Part shown: piece by piece, positions 29,085 to 38,097 of the stretch
Position numbering within the stretch: position 1 is the stretch's first letter
Layout of the letters: the number at the start of each line of letters is the position of its first letter
From: Nitrospirota bacterium
GTDB taxonomy: Bacteria; Nitrospirota; UBA9217
Length of the DNA: 64,000 nt
Direction: 5' to 3'
Assembly: GCA_963663225.1 (NCBI GenBank)
Contig: OY760142.1
Location: 1,600,001 to 1,664,000 of the forward strand
Position numbers and translations under genes: made by a program
Notes under the pieces: generated by a model
Told to the model about the DNA's origin: nothing
Seen by the model: the letters and a program-made list of their open reading frames with translations, nothing else
Database searches by the model: none

Positions 29085-30836
29085 ATGTCCCAGAAACTCA
29101 AACAAAAAAAAAACGAGCTGCTGGCGGCTGAACGCGGGACCGTGTACAAGGCGCGGGGAGCAGAGGTGGAAGTCGCCCTGGCATATCCGAACACGTATCA
29201 CGTGGGCATGTCGAACCTCGGCCTGCACCAGATCTATTCCGTTCTGAACAACCGTCCGGACACGGCCTGCGAACGAACGTTTCTTCCCGACGAGGAAGAC
29301 CTGGCTGAATACCAAAGGACCGGCACCCGGCTGTTTACTCTTGAGACCGGCCGGCCGGTGCGTGAATTCGACATCCTTGCCTTTTCCGTATCCTTTGAGC
29401 AAGATTATCTTAATATCATGGATATGCTGGACCTCGCCGGCATCCCTGCCGACAAGAAAGAACGGACCGCTGCGGACCCGCTCGTTGTCTTTGGAGGCAT
29501 CTGCTCCTTTTTCAACCCAGAACCGCTTGCGGATTTTTTTGACGCAGTGATCGTCGGCGAAGGAGAGGAAGTTTCGGGCGAATTCATCGAGGCATATAAA
29601 AAAAACCGGGTGCAGGGACGGCTGGAGCTGCTCCGTTCCTTAAGCGCTGTTCCGGGTGTGTACGTGCCGGAATTTTACGAAGAAGTATACAGCCCGGACG
29701 GGGCGCTGAGCGCAAGAAAAAAACTGTGCGATTTTGCTCCGGACCGCGTCGTCAAGCGCACGGTCCAGACCATCAACAGCATGCCTGCAGCGACCGCGAT
29801 TTTCACTCCGCACACCGAATTCAGCGAGATGCACCTTGCGGAAATAACACGGGGCTGCGGCAGGCACTGCCGGTTCTGCATGGCCGGATATATCTACCTG
29901 CCGCCCCGTCGCCTTTCGATAAACAATGCGAAACAACATGCCAAACAGGCGGACGCCGCGTGCGGGAAAATCGGGTTGGTGGGAGCCGCCATTTCCGACT
30001 ACCCTGAGATTGACGAGCTGTGCTCAGCAATACAAGGAGGGGTATCTGTATCCTCGCTGCGCGCGGATTCACTGGACGAACCACTTGTCAGGCGGCTCGC
30101 GACAAGCGGCCAGAAAACAATTTCCATCGCCCCTGAGGCGGGCTCTGAACGGCTCCGCAAGGTCATTAATAAGAACATTACTGAAGACGACCTCGCCCGA
30201 GCGGCGCATAGAACGTTCAGCGCCGGCATTCCGAACCTGAAACTGTATTTCATCATCGGACTTCCGACAGAAGAACCGGAAGACATCGATGCAATCATCT
30301 CACTGGCCGAAAAGATGCACCAGATTCAGCTCAATCACGCCCGCGCCGCGGGGAAAATCGGGCGCATCACGCTGTCCGTGAATTCGTTTGTACCGAAGCC
30401 CTTCACGCCGTTTCAGTGGGAGCCGATGGAAGACACGGCAAGCCTGAACAGAAAACTGCGCATTCTTGAAAAAGCGGCAAGAAAAATCGGGAATGTGAAT
30501 GTCATCCACGATCTGCCGAAGTGGGAATACATCCAGGCGCTGCTGTCACGCGGCGACCGGAGGATCGGGAAACTGATTCGCGCCGCCTCGCTGAACGGCG
30601 GAGACTGGAAAAAAGCCGCGAAAGCGATCAAGATGGACACCGACTGGTATGTGACGCGTCCGCGGGACTTCAACGAGGTTCTCCCGTGGGATTTTATTGA
30701 CATCGGTGTAAGAAAAGAATATCTTAGCGAAGAATATAGCCGCGCTCGTGCGGCGCAGCACACGCCGCCGTGCAGTATCGGGACATGCAAAGCATGCGGC
30801 GTGTGCGGGCAAACGGCCAATGATGAGCACAGCTAA
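29085..30836 (+). CDS. Radical SAM protein (TIGR03960-like)
   Basis: YPNTYHVGMSNLG, EITRGCGRHCRFC, IAPEAGSERLR, FVPKPFTPFQW, C-terminal Cys cluster. Confidence 0.88.
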   Translation: MSQKLKQKKNELLAAERGTVYKARGAEVEVALAYPNTYHVGMSNLGLHQIYSVLNNRPDTACERTFLPDEEDLAEYQRTGTRLFTLETGRPVREFDILAFSVSFEQDYLNIMDMLDLAGIPADKKERTAADPLVVFGGICSFFNPEPLADFFDAVIVGEGEEVSGEFIEAYKKNRVQGRLELLRSLSAVPGVYVPEFYEEVYSPDGALSARKKLCDFAPDRVVKRTVQTINSMPAATAIFTPHTEFSEMHLAEITRGCGRHCRFCMAGYIYLPPRRLSINNAKQHAKQADAACGKIGLVGAAISDYPEIDELCSAIQGGVSVSSLRADSLDEPLVRRLATSGQKTISIAPEAGSERLRKVINKNITEDDLARAAHRTFSAGIPNLKLYFIIGLPTEEPEDIDAIISLAEKMHQIQLNHARAAGKIGRITLSVNSFVPKPFTPFQWEPMEDTASLNRKLRILEKAARKIGNVNVIHDLPKWEYIQALLSRGDRRIGKLIRAASLNGGDWKKAAKAIKMDTDWYVTRPRDFNEVLPWDFIDIGVRKEYLSEEYSRARAAQHTPPCSIGTCKACGVCGQTANDEHS

Positions 30837-31590
30837 TCTCCATACTGCAGCCGGAACTACGGACTGTTTGGCGATTCCGGCACTCGCGCAGATCGAGACA
30901 ATCCGGCACGCGTTCACCACCCGGCGGAACGGGCTGGGAGAACGAACCAACGGGACCAAGCTTCCGGATGACTGGAACAGGGTGGCCTCGATGTTCGGGA
31001 TTCCACCGGATCGGGTTGTTACCGTAAACCAGGTGCATGGCAGCGGCATCGTGCTGGTGGATGACCGGAACTACCGGAGCGTCAAAACGCTCCAGGCCGA
31101 CGCCATGATCACGCGCGCTTCGGGAATCGCGATCGGTGTCGAGACGGCTGATTGCGTTCCTCTTTTACTTGTCGATCCCGCAAGGCGGTCCGTTGCTGCG
31201 GTCCACGCGGGCTGGAAAAGCACGGTCAGGAAGATTGTCGCCCTGACCGTACAAAAAATGCGGGACGAATTCGGCTCTGCTCCCGAAGACATGATTGCGG
31301 CCATCGGCCCTGCCATCGGGCCGGAATGCTACGAAGTTGACGAACCGGTGATGGGTCCGGTCCGCGAAGCGTTTCCCTTCTGGAAGGAAATCGCAACGCC
31401 GCGGGTAGCCGGGCGGTGGAGCCTCGATCTGACACAGGCCAACAGGAACGAGCTGCTGCAGGCAGGGATTCCGGAGGGGAGCATTCACGCTCTCGGGTTG
31501 TGCACGTCCTGCAGGAGAGACCTGTTCTATTCCTACCGGGCTGAAGGCCGGACCGGCAGGGTCCTGTCGGTGATTATGATAAAGCCGTAA
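30820..31590 (+). CDS. pgeF: PgeF/YfiH polyphenol-oxidase-like purine nucleoside phosphorylase
   Basis: QVHG, TADCVP, VHAGW, GPAIGPECYEV, LFYSYR. Confidence 0.92.
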   Translation: MMSTANLHTAAGTTDCLAIPALAQIETIRHAFTTRRNGLGERTNGTKLPDDWNRVASMFGIPPDRVVTVNQVHGSGIVLVDDRNYRSVKTLQADAMITRASGIAIGVETADCVPLLLVDPARRSVAAVHAGWKSTVRKIVALTVQKMRDEFGSAPEDMIAAIGPAIGPECYEVDEPVMGPVREAFPFWKEIATPRVAGRWSLDLTQANRNELLQAGIPEGSIHALGLCTSCRRDLFYSYRAEGRTGRVLSVIMIKP

Positions 31591-31622
31591 ATGCTGCACG
31601 GGGCGCTTCACCAGGGGTCGTC

Positions 31623-32312
31623 GTGTCCATAGCGGAAAACCTCAAGACAATACAGGAGAGAATTGCGTTGGCGGCAAAGCGTGCGGGGCGCGATCCTTCT
31701 TCGGTCCGGCTGGTTGTGGTGACCAAAACGGTCGCCTCTGAACGCATAAAAGAAGCAGCCGAAGCCGGCGCGGAAATTCTCGGCGAAAACCGCGTGCAGG
31801 AAGCGCGGGAGAAAATCGAACAGCTCGGCAGCATTGCGAGCTGGCATCTGATCGGACAGCTGCAGTCCAATAAAGCCAAGTACGCGGTCAAACTTTTTGA
31901 TATGATTCACTCAGTCGACACTGTTGAGCTGGCACGGGAGATCGACCGGCAGGCAGCGAAGATCGGCAAGGTGCAGGATGTCCTGATCGAAGTGAGTATC
32001 GCGGGCGAAGAGACCAAAGCGGGCATTGCGGTCGAGGGCGTGTCCGCCCTGGTCCGGGAAGCCGCCCGGCTTCAACATATTTCTATCAAGGGGTTGATGG
32101 CCATTCCGCCCTTTCTCGACGATCCGGAGGAAGTGCGGCCGTATTTCCGCGCACTGCGCGAAACGGCGAAGAGCATAGAAGCGGAGCAGATTCCCGGCGT
32201 GTCCATGCGCGAGCTTTCCATGGGCATGAGCGGCGATTTTGAGACAGCCGTAGAAGAAGGCGCGACCATGGTGCGGGTCGGCACGGCGATATTCGGAGAG
32301 AGGCGGTACTGA
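31623..32312 (+). CDS. yggS: PLP homeostasis protein YggS
   Basis: VTKT, GENRVQE, WHLIGQLQSNK, LSMGMSGDF, VRVGTAIFG. Confidence 0.95.
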   Translation: MSIAENLKTIQERIALAAKRAGRDPSSVRLVVVTKTVASERIKEAAEAGAEILGENRVQEAREKIEQLGSIASWHLIGQLQSNKAKYAVKLFDMIHSVDTVELAREIDRQAAKIGKVQDVLIEVSIAGEETKAGIAVEGVSALVREAARLQHISIKGLMAIPPFLDDPEEVRPYFRALRETAKSIEAEQIPGVSMRELSMGMSGDFETAVEEGATMVRVGTAIFGERRY

Positions 32313-32334
32313 CCGCCGCGGAGGTGGAGGGAGC

Positions 32335-33147
32335 ATGCTAGAGAACAAAAAAATTGCCTTTCTCGGCGGCGGAAACATGGCCGAAGCGCTGATCAAGGGG
32401 CTGCTAGCCTCGGGAGCTGCGAATCCGGAACAGATTTTTGCAGCGGACGTTTCTCAGAGCCGCCTGGAGTATCTGAAAAAGACCTATGGTATTGCCGCAA
32501 AAACGGTCCCCGACGCAGCACGGGAGTGCGGCGTCATTATTCTGAGCGTTAAACCACAGGTTATTGAAGGCGTGCTGAAAGAAATCGCGCCTGCGATCGA
32601 CGGGAAAAAACTGGTCATTACCATTGTGGCGGGGATCACGCTTGCCAGAGTCGAAAAAGCGTTCAAAAGCAGTGCGCACGTTGTCCGCGTGATGCCGAAC
32701 ACGCCGGCGCTCGTACTCGCGGGTGCGGCCGCCATTGCGGGAGGAGCGCACGCCGCAGAAGACGACCTGACGCTGACCCGGTACATCTTCAATGCCGTCG
32801 GCAGGTCGTTTCTTGTTGAAGAAAAAATGATGGATGCGGTTACCGGCATATCAGGGTGCGGTCCCGCGTATATGTTCGTGATTCTGGACGCGTTGTCCGA
32901 CGCGGGAGTGAAGGCAGGGCTTCCGCGCCAACTCGCGCTTGAACTTGCCGCGCAAACCATGTACGGTGCGGCAAAAATGGTGATGGACACGAAGGAGCAT
33001 CCCGGCAAGCTGAGGGACATGGTCACGTCGCCCGGCGGAACCACGATCGAAGGCCTGCACGTGCTCGAACAGGGGAAGCTGCGCGCCACGCTCATGAATG
33101 CAGTGGAGGCGGCAACAGAGAGAAGCAAGGAACTGGGGAAACAGTAG
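32335..33147 (+). CDS. proC: Pyrroline-5-carboxylate reductase
   Basis: GGGNMA, VKPQ, RVMPNTP, VTSPGGTTI. Confidence 0.96.
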   Translation: MLENKKIAFLGGGNMAEALIKGLLASGAANPEQIFAADVSQSRLEYLKKTYGIAAKTVPDAARECGVIILSVKPQVIEGVLKEIAPAIDGKKLVITIVAGITLARVEKAFKSSAHVVRVMPNTPALVLAGAAAIAGGAHAAEDDLTLTRYIFNAVGRSFLVEEKMMDAVTGISGCGPAYMFVILDALSDAGVKAGLPRQLALELAAQTMYGAAKMVMDTKEHPGKLRDMVTSPGGTTIEGLHVLEQGKLRATLMNAVEAATERSKELGKQ

Positions 33148-33229
33148 CGTCCGGAAAAAGGCGCGGCGTCTGATTGTACCGGACGCCACGTTCAACAAAT
33201 TTTTTATCATTCATGGCGGGGGAAAGAAT

Positions 33230-33520
33230 ATGGACAATATTGTTGCCGGAATAGCAAGAGTTCTGGACATCATTCTGGAAGTATATATGTGGGTCATCAT
33301 TATCCGCGCGCTCGTTTCCTGGGTGAATCCGGACCCCTACAACCCGATCGTGCAGTTTCTGGGACGGGTGACCGAGCCGGTGCTCAGGCCTTTGCGCAAA
33401 CTGGTGCCGCCTCATAAAGTGGGCCTCGATCTGTCTCCGCTGATCGCGATCCTCGTGATCATTTTCCTGCAGTACGCGCTGATAAAAAATCTCTATCGTC
33501 TTGCATATTCGCTTGGATAA
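33230..33520 (+). CDS. yggT: YggT family membrane protein
   Basis: SWVNPDPYNPIV, TEPVLRPLR, LDLSPLI. Confidence 0.93.
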   Translation: MDNIVAGIARVLDIILEVYMWVIIIRALVSWVNPDPYNPIVQFLGRVTEPVLRPLRKLVPPHKVGLDLSPLIAILVIIFLQYALIKNLYRLAYSLG

Positions 33521-33557
33521 GCACGGCGTGCAACACCCCCGCTAAGGAGGAACAGGC

Positions 33558-34061
33558 ATGGACACCGCCATCAAGGTTACACCGATCGACATTCAGCAAA
33601 AAAGGTTCCACGTTGGCTTCCGCGGATATGAACGGTCGGAAGTGGAAACGTTTCTGGACCAGGTGCGGGACCAGGTGGAAGAGCTCGTCCGGGAAGTGAC
33701 GGAGCTTCGCGAATTCCGCCAGGCCTACGATGAGCGCCTGCAAGCTCTTGTCGAGCGTGAAGAAGCAGTCAAAAACACGATGCTGATGACGCAAAAGCTG
33801 ATTGAAGAGGTGAAGGAGAATTCGCGCAAAGAGGCCGCCCTGATCATCAAGGACGCCGAGGTCCGCAATCAGCAGATGCTTGCGGATTCCCAGAAGCAGA
33901 AAATAAAGCTTGAAGCGGAGATCCAGGAACTCAAACACAGACGGTTCCATTTCCTGCAGGACGTCAAAAAAGTCATCCAGATGCATCTGGAGATGGTGAA
34001 TTACGAGGCGGGAACGGATGAACTCAAGGAAGAGCCGGCCAAACAACCAGCCGCCGGATGA
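33558..34061 (+). CDS. DivIVA domain protein
   Basis: TPIDIQQKRF...FRGY...EV..FL followed by coiled coil; AAGGAGG RBS. Confidence 0.92.
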   Translation: MDTAIKVTPIDIQQKRFHVGFRGYERSEVETFLDQVRDQVEELVREVTELREFRQAYDERLQALVEREEAVKNTMLMTQKLIEEVKENSRKEAALIIKDAEVRNQQMLADSQKQKIKLEAEIQELKHRRFHFLQDVKKVIQMHLEMVNYEAGTDELKEEPAKQPAAG

Positions 34062-34332
34062 TGTCGCCACGCTTTCCCTGCGCATCCAGCCGCGCTCCTC
34101 GAAAAACCAGATCGTCCTGATGGAAAACGGCGGATACAAGGTAAAGCTCACCGCTCCGCCGGTAGACGGTGCCGCGAACGATGCGCTTATCCGATTGCTT
34201 GCCGACACCTTCTCTCTGGCCAAGTCCCGGATCGAAATCGTGTCCGGCCATATCTCAAGGGACAAAATCGTACGGATTTCTGGAATCTGCCAGGCCGACG
34301 TGAAAAGGATCTTGAATACAAAAGACGAGTGA
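34018..34332 (+). CDS. DUF167/YggU family protein
   Basis: IQPRSSK, LTAPPVDGAAN, SGHISRDK; start uncertain. Confidence 0.88.
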   Translation: MNSRKSRPNNQPPDDVATLSLRIQPRSSKNQIVLMENGGYKVKLTAPPVDGAANDALIRLLADTFSLAKSRIEIVSGHISRDKIVRISGICQADVKRILNTKDE

Positions 34333-34373
34333 GTTATTATATTACAATAATTCTCTTCATCATCTTATCAGAA

Positions 34374-34725
34374 GGGGGCGACAGGCTTCGACGGGGACAC
34401 AGAGACCGGGAGTTGCATGCCGAGGTGCCATGGGGCTCGTAAAACACATGGCAAACAACAACTGCCAATAATCAAGAACTGGCACTCGCTGCCTAATTAG
34501 GTAGCGCGTTCCGCGGCCGGCGCCTGAACTGCCGCAGGGACGTCAAAAACCAGGCTGGTCTTCCCGACACCGTCCGGGGCGGGAAGATGAGACAAACCGG
34601 GCTGGCTGATTCCGGAGCTTTCCCCAAGGCGCCGGATGAGGCGAGACTTAAACGCGGGGATAAGCATGTATGAGCTTTCGGTTGACGGTTTTCGGACGTG
34701 GGTTCGAATCCCACCGCCTCCACCA
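34374..34725 (+). ncRNA. ssrA: tmRNA; tag peptide (A)ANNQELALAA at 34464-34496
   Basis: 5' GGGGGCG pairs with CGCCTCC-A-CCA 3' end; T-arm GTGGGTTCGAATCCCAC; internal tag ORF ending LAA-stop. Confidence 0.96.
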
Positions 34726-34766
34726 ATTAATATATCAATTATAATTACTCATGTAATATTTTTTTG

Positions 34767-34796
34767 AAGCTGATTCCAAACGGGGTCAGCTTTTTT
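34767..34796 (+). terminator. Terminator downstream of tmRNA
   Basis: AAGCTGATTCC-aaac-GGGGTCAGCTT followed by T run. Confidence 0.75.
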
Positions 34797-34888
34797 GTTG
34801 GAAATGAAATTGTGAGAGAGGATAATCTTCAGCAGGCGATCGGGAGGCGGTATTGAGGACATCAGTGCCGTTCATGGCCGTGATGTGG

Positions 34889-34940
34889 AAGGGAAGCCCA
34901 ATGGTGAGTATTGAAAGACGGACACCTTGGGCCTCCCTTT
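34889..34940. terminator. Stem-loop at the 3' end of the GRE-aldolase operon
   Basis: AAGGGAAGCCCAATGGTG...CACCTTGGGCCTCCCTTT imperfect inverted repeat. Confidence 0.45.
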
Positions 34941-34968
34941 TGGAGTGATTCGACAATTCTGTCGTATC

Positions 34969-35991
34969 TCAGGCCTTGCCAGCGAGGCGTCTCGCCTCCT
35001 CGATGACTACGTCTTCCTGTGTAGCCACGACCTTGCGCTCCCCCAGACGAAGCACAAGTTTCCGCGGGTCGCACCCGTATTCCTGGGCGGCACGTTTTAT
35101 GGGCAGGACATACCCGCCGTAAACGCATGCATAGCCCATCATGATCGAATCGTTGTCGACAGTAGGCATGGGCACCTTCGCCAAATTGGGATATTTGTTC
35201 AATTCCGCTACAAGAGTTGCTGCGGCGTCCAAAATGCCGAAGAGGTCGACTTCCGTGGGAAATCCCCCCCTCTTGAGCGCGGCCACCAGCGTTTCGGTTT
35301 GGGCATTGCCGGCCCCGCCGCCGAATCCCTTCAGACTTCCATCCACATAGGCAGCCCCTGCCTCGACCGCCGCAAGCGAATTGCCGATCGCCAACCCCAG
35401 GTTATTGTGGGCATGGAATCCCACCGGTATTTTTACCGCCTGGCGTACCGCCGCGATGTATGCCTTGACCTGGTGGGGCACCAAATACCCTTGAGAGTCC
35501 GCCAAGTTGATATACTGTGCGCCGTAAGACTCCATCTTCCTCGCTTCCTCGGCGATACGTTCCGGAGAAGCCATGCCGAACGAGATCAGATAACCGACTG
35601 CGAGCATATTCAATTTTCTGGCGAGCTGGATGTGCTGTTCAGTTATGTCCGCCTCCGTGCAGTGGCACGCGACCCTTGCCACCGTGACGCCCAAATCATG
35701 GGCCTGTTGCAGGTCATCCATCGTTCCGAAACCGGGTATCAAGAATATTGCTACCTTCGCTTTCTTTACCGAGGAGACCACGGACTTGAGCAACTCCGCG
35801 TCGGGGGCGGCTGTCCTCCCAACGTGGATGGAACTTCCTCCCGATCCATCGCCGTGACCGACTTCGATCATGTCCACACCGGCGGCTTCGAGAGCCGTCG
35901 CCAGCTTGGACATCAACACGGGCGAGAACTGCTGACGGACGGTATGATTGCCATCGCGAAGCGTAACATCTACAACAGTAAGCTTATCCAT
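34969..35991 (-). CDS. 4-hydroxy-2-oxovalerate aldolase family (DmpG/MhpE-like)
   Basis: DVTLRDGNH, IEVGHGDG, HCTEAD, LADS, GFHAHNNLG, GAGNA, GYACVY. Confidence 0.9.
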   Translation of the reverse strand: MDKLTVVDVTLRDGNHTVRQQFSPVLMSKLATALEAAGVDMIEVGHGDGSGGSSIHVGRTAAPDAELLKSVVSSVKKAKVAIFLIPGFGTMDDLQQAHDLGVTVARVACHCTEADITEQHIQLARKLNMLAVGYLISFGMASPERIAEEARKMESYGAQYINLADSQGYLVPHQVKAYIAAVRQAVKIPVGFHAHNNLGLAIGNSLAAVEAGAAYVDGSLKGFGGGAGNAQTETLVAALKRGGFPTEVDLFGILDAAATLVAELNKYPNLAKVPMPTVDNDSIMMGYACVYGGYVLPIKRAAQEYGCDPRKLVLRLGERKVVATQEDVVIEEARRLAGKA

Positions 35992-36874
35992 TGTTTGTCT
36001 TCCTTTCCGTCAAGAGACTCTCCGCGTAGCGCTCAGCAACGTTAACAGCCGCAGCGGTAATGATATCGAGGTTTCCGGCATACGGGGCCAGATAGTCGCC
36101 CGCGCCGGTCACTTCGATGCAGGTCGTGAAATGATCGCCGTCCAGGAAAGGCTCGACCGTAATCTTGTATCCGGGAACATACGATTTGATCTTCTCAGCC
36201 ATGGCCATAACCGAGTCATGGATGTTCTTCTCGTCCGCCGGAAGATCAACCGTGACATAGACCGTGTTGCGCATGATGATGGGCGGATCAGCGGGATTGA
36301 GCACGATGATGCTTTTCGATTTTTTCGCACCGCCGATGTCGTGAACGCTCCTGGCCGTGGTGCGCGTAAACTCATCGATATTATGTCTGGTGCCTGGACC
36401 GGCGCTAAGGCTTGCGATAGTGGATACGGTTTCCGCATAGTGGACAGGGCTGACCTGGTTGATGGCAGCCACGATCGGCACTGTCGCTTGTGCACCGCAC
36501 GAAACGAGATTGACATTGGGCTTCGTTGAATGCTCTTGGAGATTCACGACAGGGATGACACCCGGACCTACGGCGGCTGGAGTCAAATCAACGGCGATAA
36601 TGCCCGCTGCCTTAAGGCGTGGTGCATGTGCGAGGTGAGACCGCGCCGAAGTCGCGTCGAACACCAATTTGATTTTCCCATTATTGTGGAGGATGCCCTC
36701 GATCCCGTCCACGCAGGTTTCATAACCAAACTTGCATGCACGCGCCAAGCCCTCCGAGGCGGGATCTATGCCCGCGACCATCTTCAGTTCGAGTAGCGCG
36801 CTTCGGCGTAACTTGTACATAAGGTCCGTACCGATATTTCCTGACCCCAGGACTGCAACAGGCAATTTTGCCAT
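35984..36874 (-). CDS. Acetaldehyde dehydrogenase, acylating (DmpF/MhpF-like)
   Basis: GSGNIGTDL, VFDATSA, DLTPAA, catalytic SCGAQAT, SAGPGTR, YAGNLDI; overlaps the aldolase start. Confidence 0.93.
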   Translation of the reverse strand: MAKLPVAVLGSGNIGTDLMYKLRRSALLELKMVAGIDPASEGLARACKFGYETCVDGIEGILHNNGKIKLVFDATSARSHLAHAPRLKAAGIIAVDLTPAAVGPGVIPVVNLQEHSTKPNVNLVSCGAQATVPIVAAINQVSPVHYAETVSTIASLSAGPGTRHNIDEFTRTTARSVHDIGGAKKSKSIIVLNPADPPIIMRNTVYVTVDLPADEKNIHDSVMAMAEKIKSYVPGYKITVEPFLDGDHFTTCIEVTGAGDYLAPYAGNLDIITAAAVNVAERYAESLLTERKTNNG

Positions 36875-37090
36875 ACAATTCCTCCCTTGTGCTATGTTAT
36901 GTCATCAAGCAGCGGCGAGAGCTTCGCGACACAAACACCCTTCGCTTTCGAATCATGTTTCTTTTGCATATGAAACCTATCGGTCAAGATTGAGATCGCT
37001 GGACGGTGGCCCATCCGGCGTGCGTCGCGCGATTTTTAAACCGATCAGGCACATTCACAATGATCAACGGTGCCACTATAATAAAACGAT

Positions 37091-38023
37091 TCAATCTCCC
37101 TCTGCGCATTTAGCCGCAACATAGTCTTTAAGCGATCGGACCTTTTCGTCACTGAGCTTTGCTTCTGCCATGCAATAATCCCGGCCAAGGAACTCGTACT
37201 TGGATTTGCCGATCCGGTGATACGGCAGGAGTTCGCAACTCACCTTCTTCATTCCTTTGATGAAGGAGAGAATTTCGCCGATTTCCTCTTCTGAATCGTT
37301 GAGGCCGGGAATCAGCGGTATTCTGGCGAGTATGTGAAGCTGGGGAAACGCAGCTCTCAGTTTCCTGAAATTTTTGAGAATCAGTTCATTCGAAACACCG
37401 GTAAAGTTCTTGTGCTTGGTGTCGTTCATGGTCTTGATATCAAAAAGAATAAAGTTAAGGTGGCGGCCGACTTCTTCAAGAACGCCCCAGTCCGCGAATC
37501 CGCATGTTTCAATCGTACAGTCAATATGCCGACGCCGTGCCTCACGAAGAAGCGCCAGGGTGAATTCCGGCTGCATCAGCGGCTCACCTCCGCTGATCGT
37601 CAGGCCCCCGCCGGAACGGGCATAAAAGGCGCTGTCCGCCTCCACGATCTTGAGCACCTCAGGAACCGACATGTGCGTACCAAAGATGTGCAGTGCCTGT
37701 GATGGGCAGATGTTCACGCAGGCAAAGCAGCTGCTGCAGATCTCGCGGTTAATCGTGATCGTTCCATTTTTTGAAAGCCCGATTGCTTTCTCGCCGCACA
37801 CCTCATTGCACATGAAGCATTCCTGGGCACCGATGCACTTATTGGGATTGTATGCGAGTTCAGGCGACAGGCGCTGTGATTCGGGATTGCAGCACCATTC
37901 ACAGCGAAGCGGACAGCCCTTCAAAAACACGATGGTACGTATACCGGGTCCGTCGTGCAATGAATAATGCTGTATATTGAATACGCAACCCTTTATTATG
38001 CTGTCGGGCTGGGTCAATGCCAT
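37091..38023 (-). CDS. Glycyl-radical enzyme activating enzyme (IslB-like)
   Basis: HDGPGIRT, GCPLRCEWC, two ferredoxin-type Cys clusters, SGGEP, LLPYH; GGGAGG RBS before ATG 38023. Confidence 0.93.
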   Translation of the reverse strand: MALTQPDSIIKGCVFNIQHYSLHDGPGIRTIVFLKGCPLRCEWCCNPESQRLSPELAYNPNKCIGAQECFMCNEVCGEKAIGLSKNGTITINREICSSCFACVNICPSQALHIFGTHMSVPEVLKIVEADSAFYARSGGGLTISGGEPLMQPEFTLALLREARRRHIDCTIETCGFADWGVLEEVGRHLNFILFDIKTMNDTKHKNFTGVSNELILKNFRKLRAAFPQLHILARIPLIPGLNDSEEEIGEILSFIKGMKKVSCELLPYHRIGKSKYEFLGRDYCMAEAKLSDEKVRSLKDYVAAKCAEGD

Positions 38024-38045
38024 CCGCATCCTCCCGTGCTGCAAG

Positions 38046-38074
38046 CCCTGCAGCCGCTGATGACGGCAGCAGGG
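38046..38074. promoter_or_regulatory. Intergenic stem-loop between the GRE and activase genes
   Basis: CCCTGCAGCCG...CGGCAGCAGGG; may stabilise the GRE mRNA or lower activase expression. Confidence 0.45.
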
Positions 38075-38097
38075 TAATGTGAAGTTGAACATGAAGA

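Noticed and set aside
34927-36045. 372-aa plus-strand ORF, and similar long shadow ORFs (54984-56075, 33459-34265, 28075-28947, 2218-2997)
   Set aside because: Antisense to clearly recognisable genes, with no motifs of their own
34969-36874. dmpFG-like genes as evidence of an aromatic meta-cleavage pathway
   Set aside because: No dioxygenase, hydrolase, hydratase or tautomerase genes in the window; the pair sits directly behind the GRE and activase
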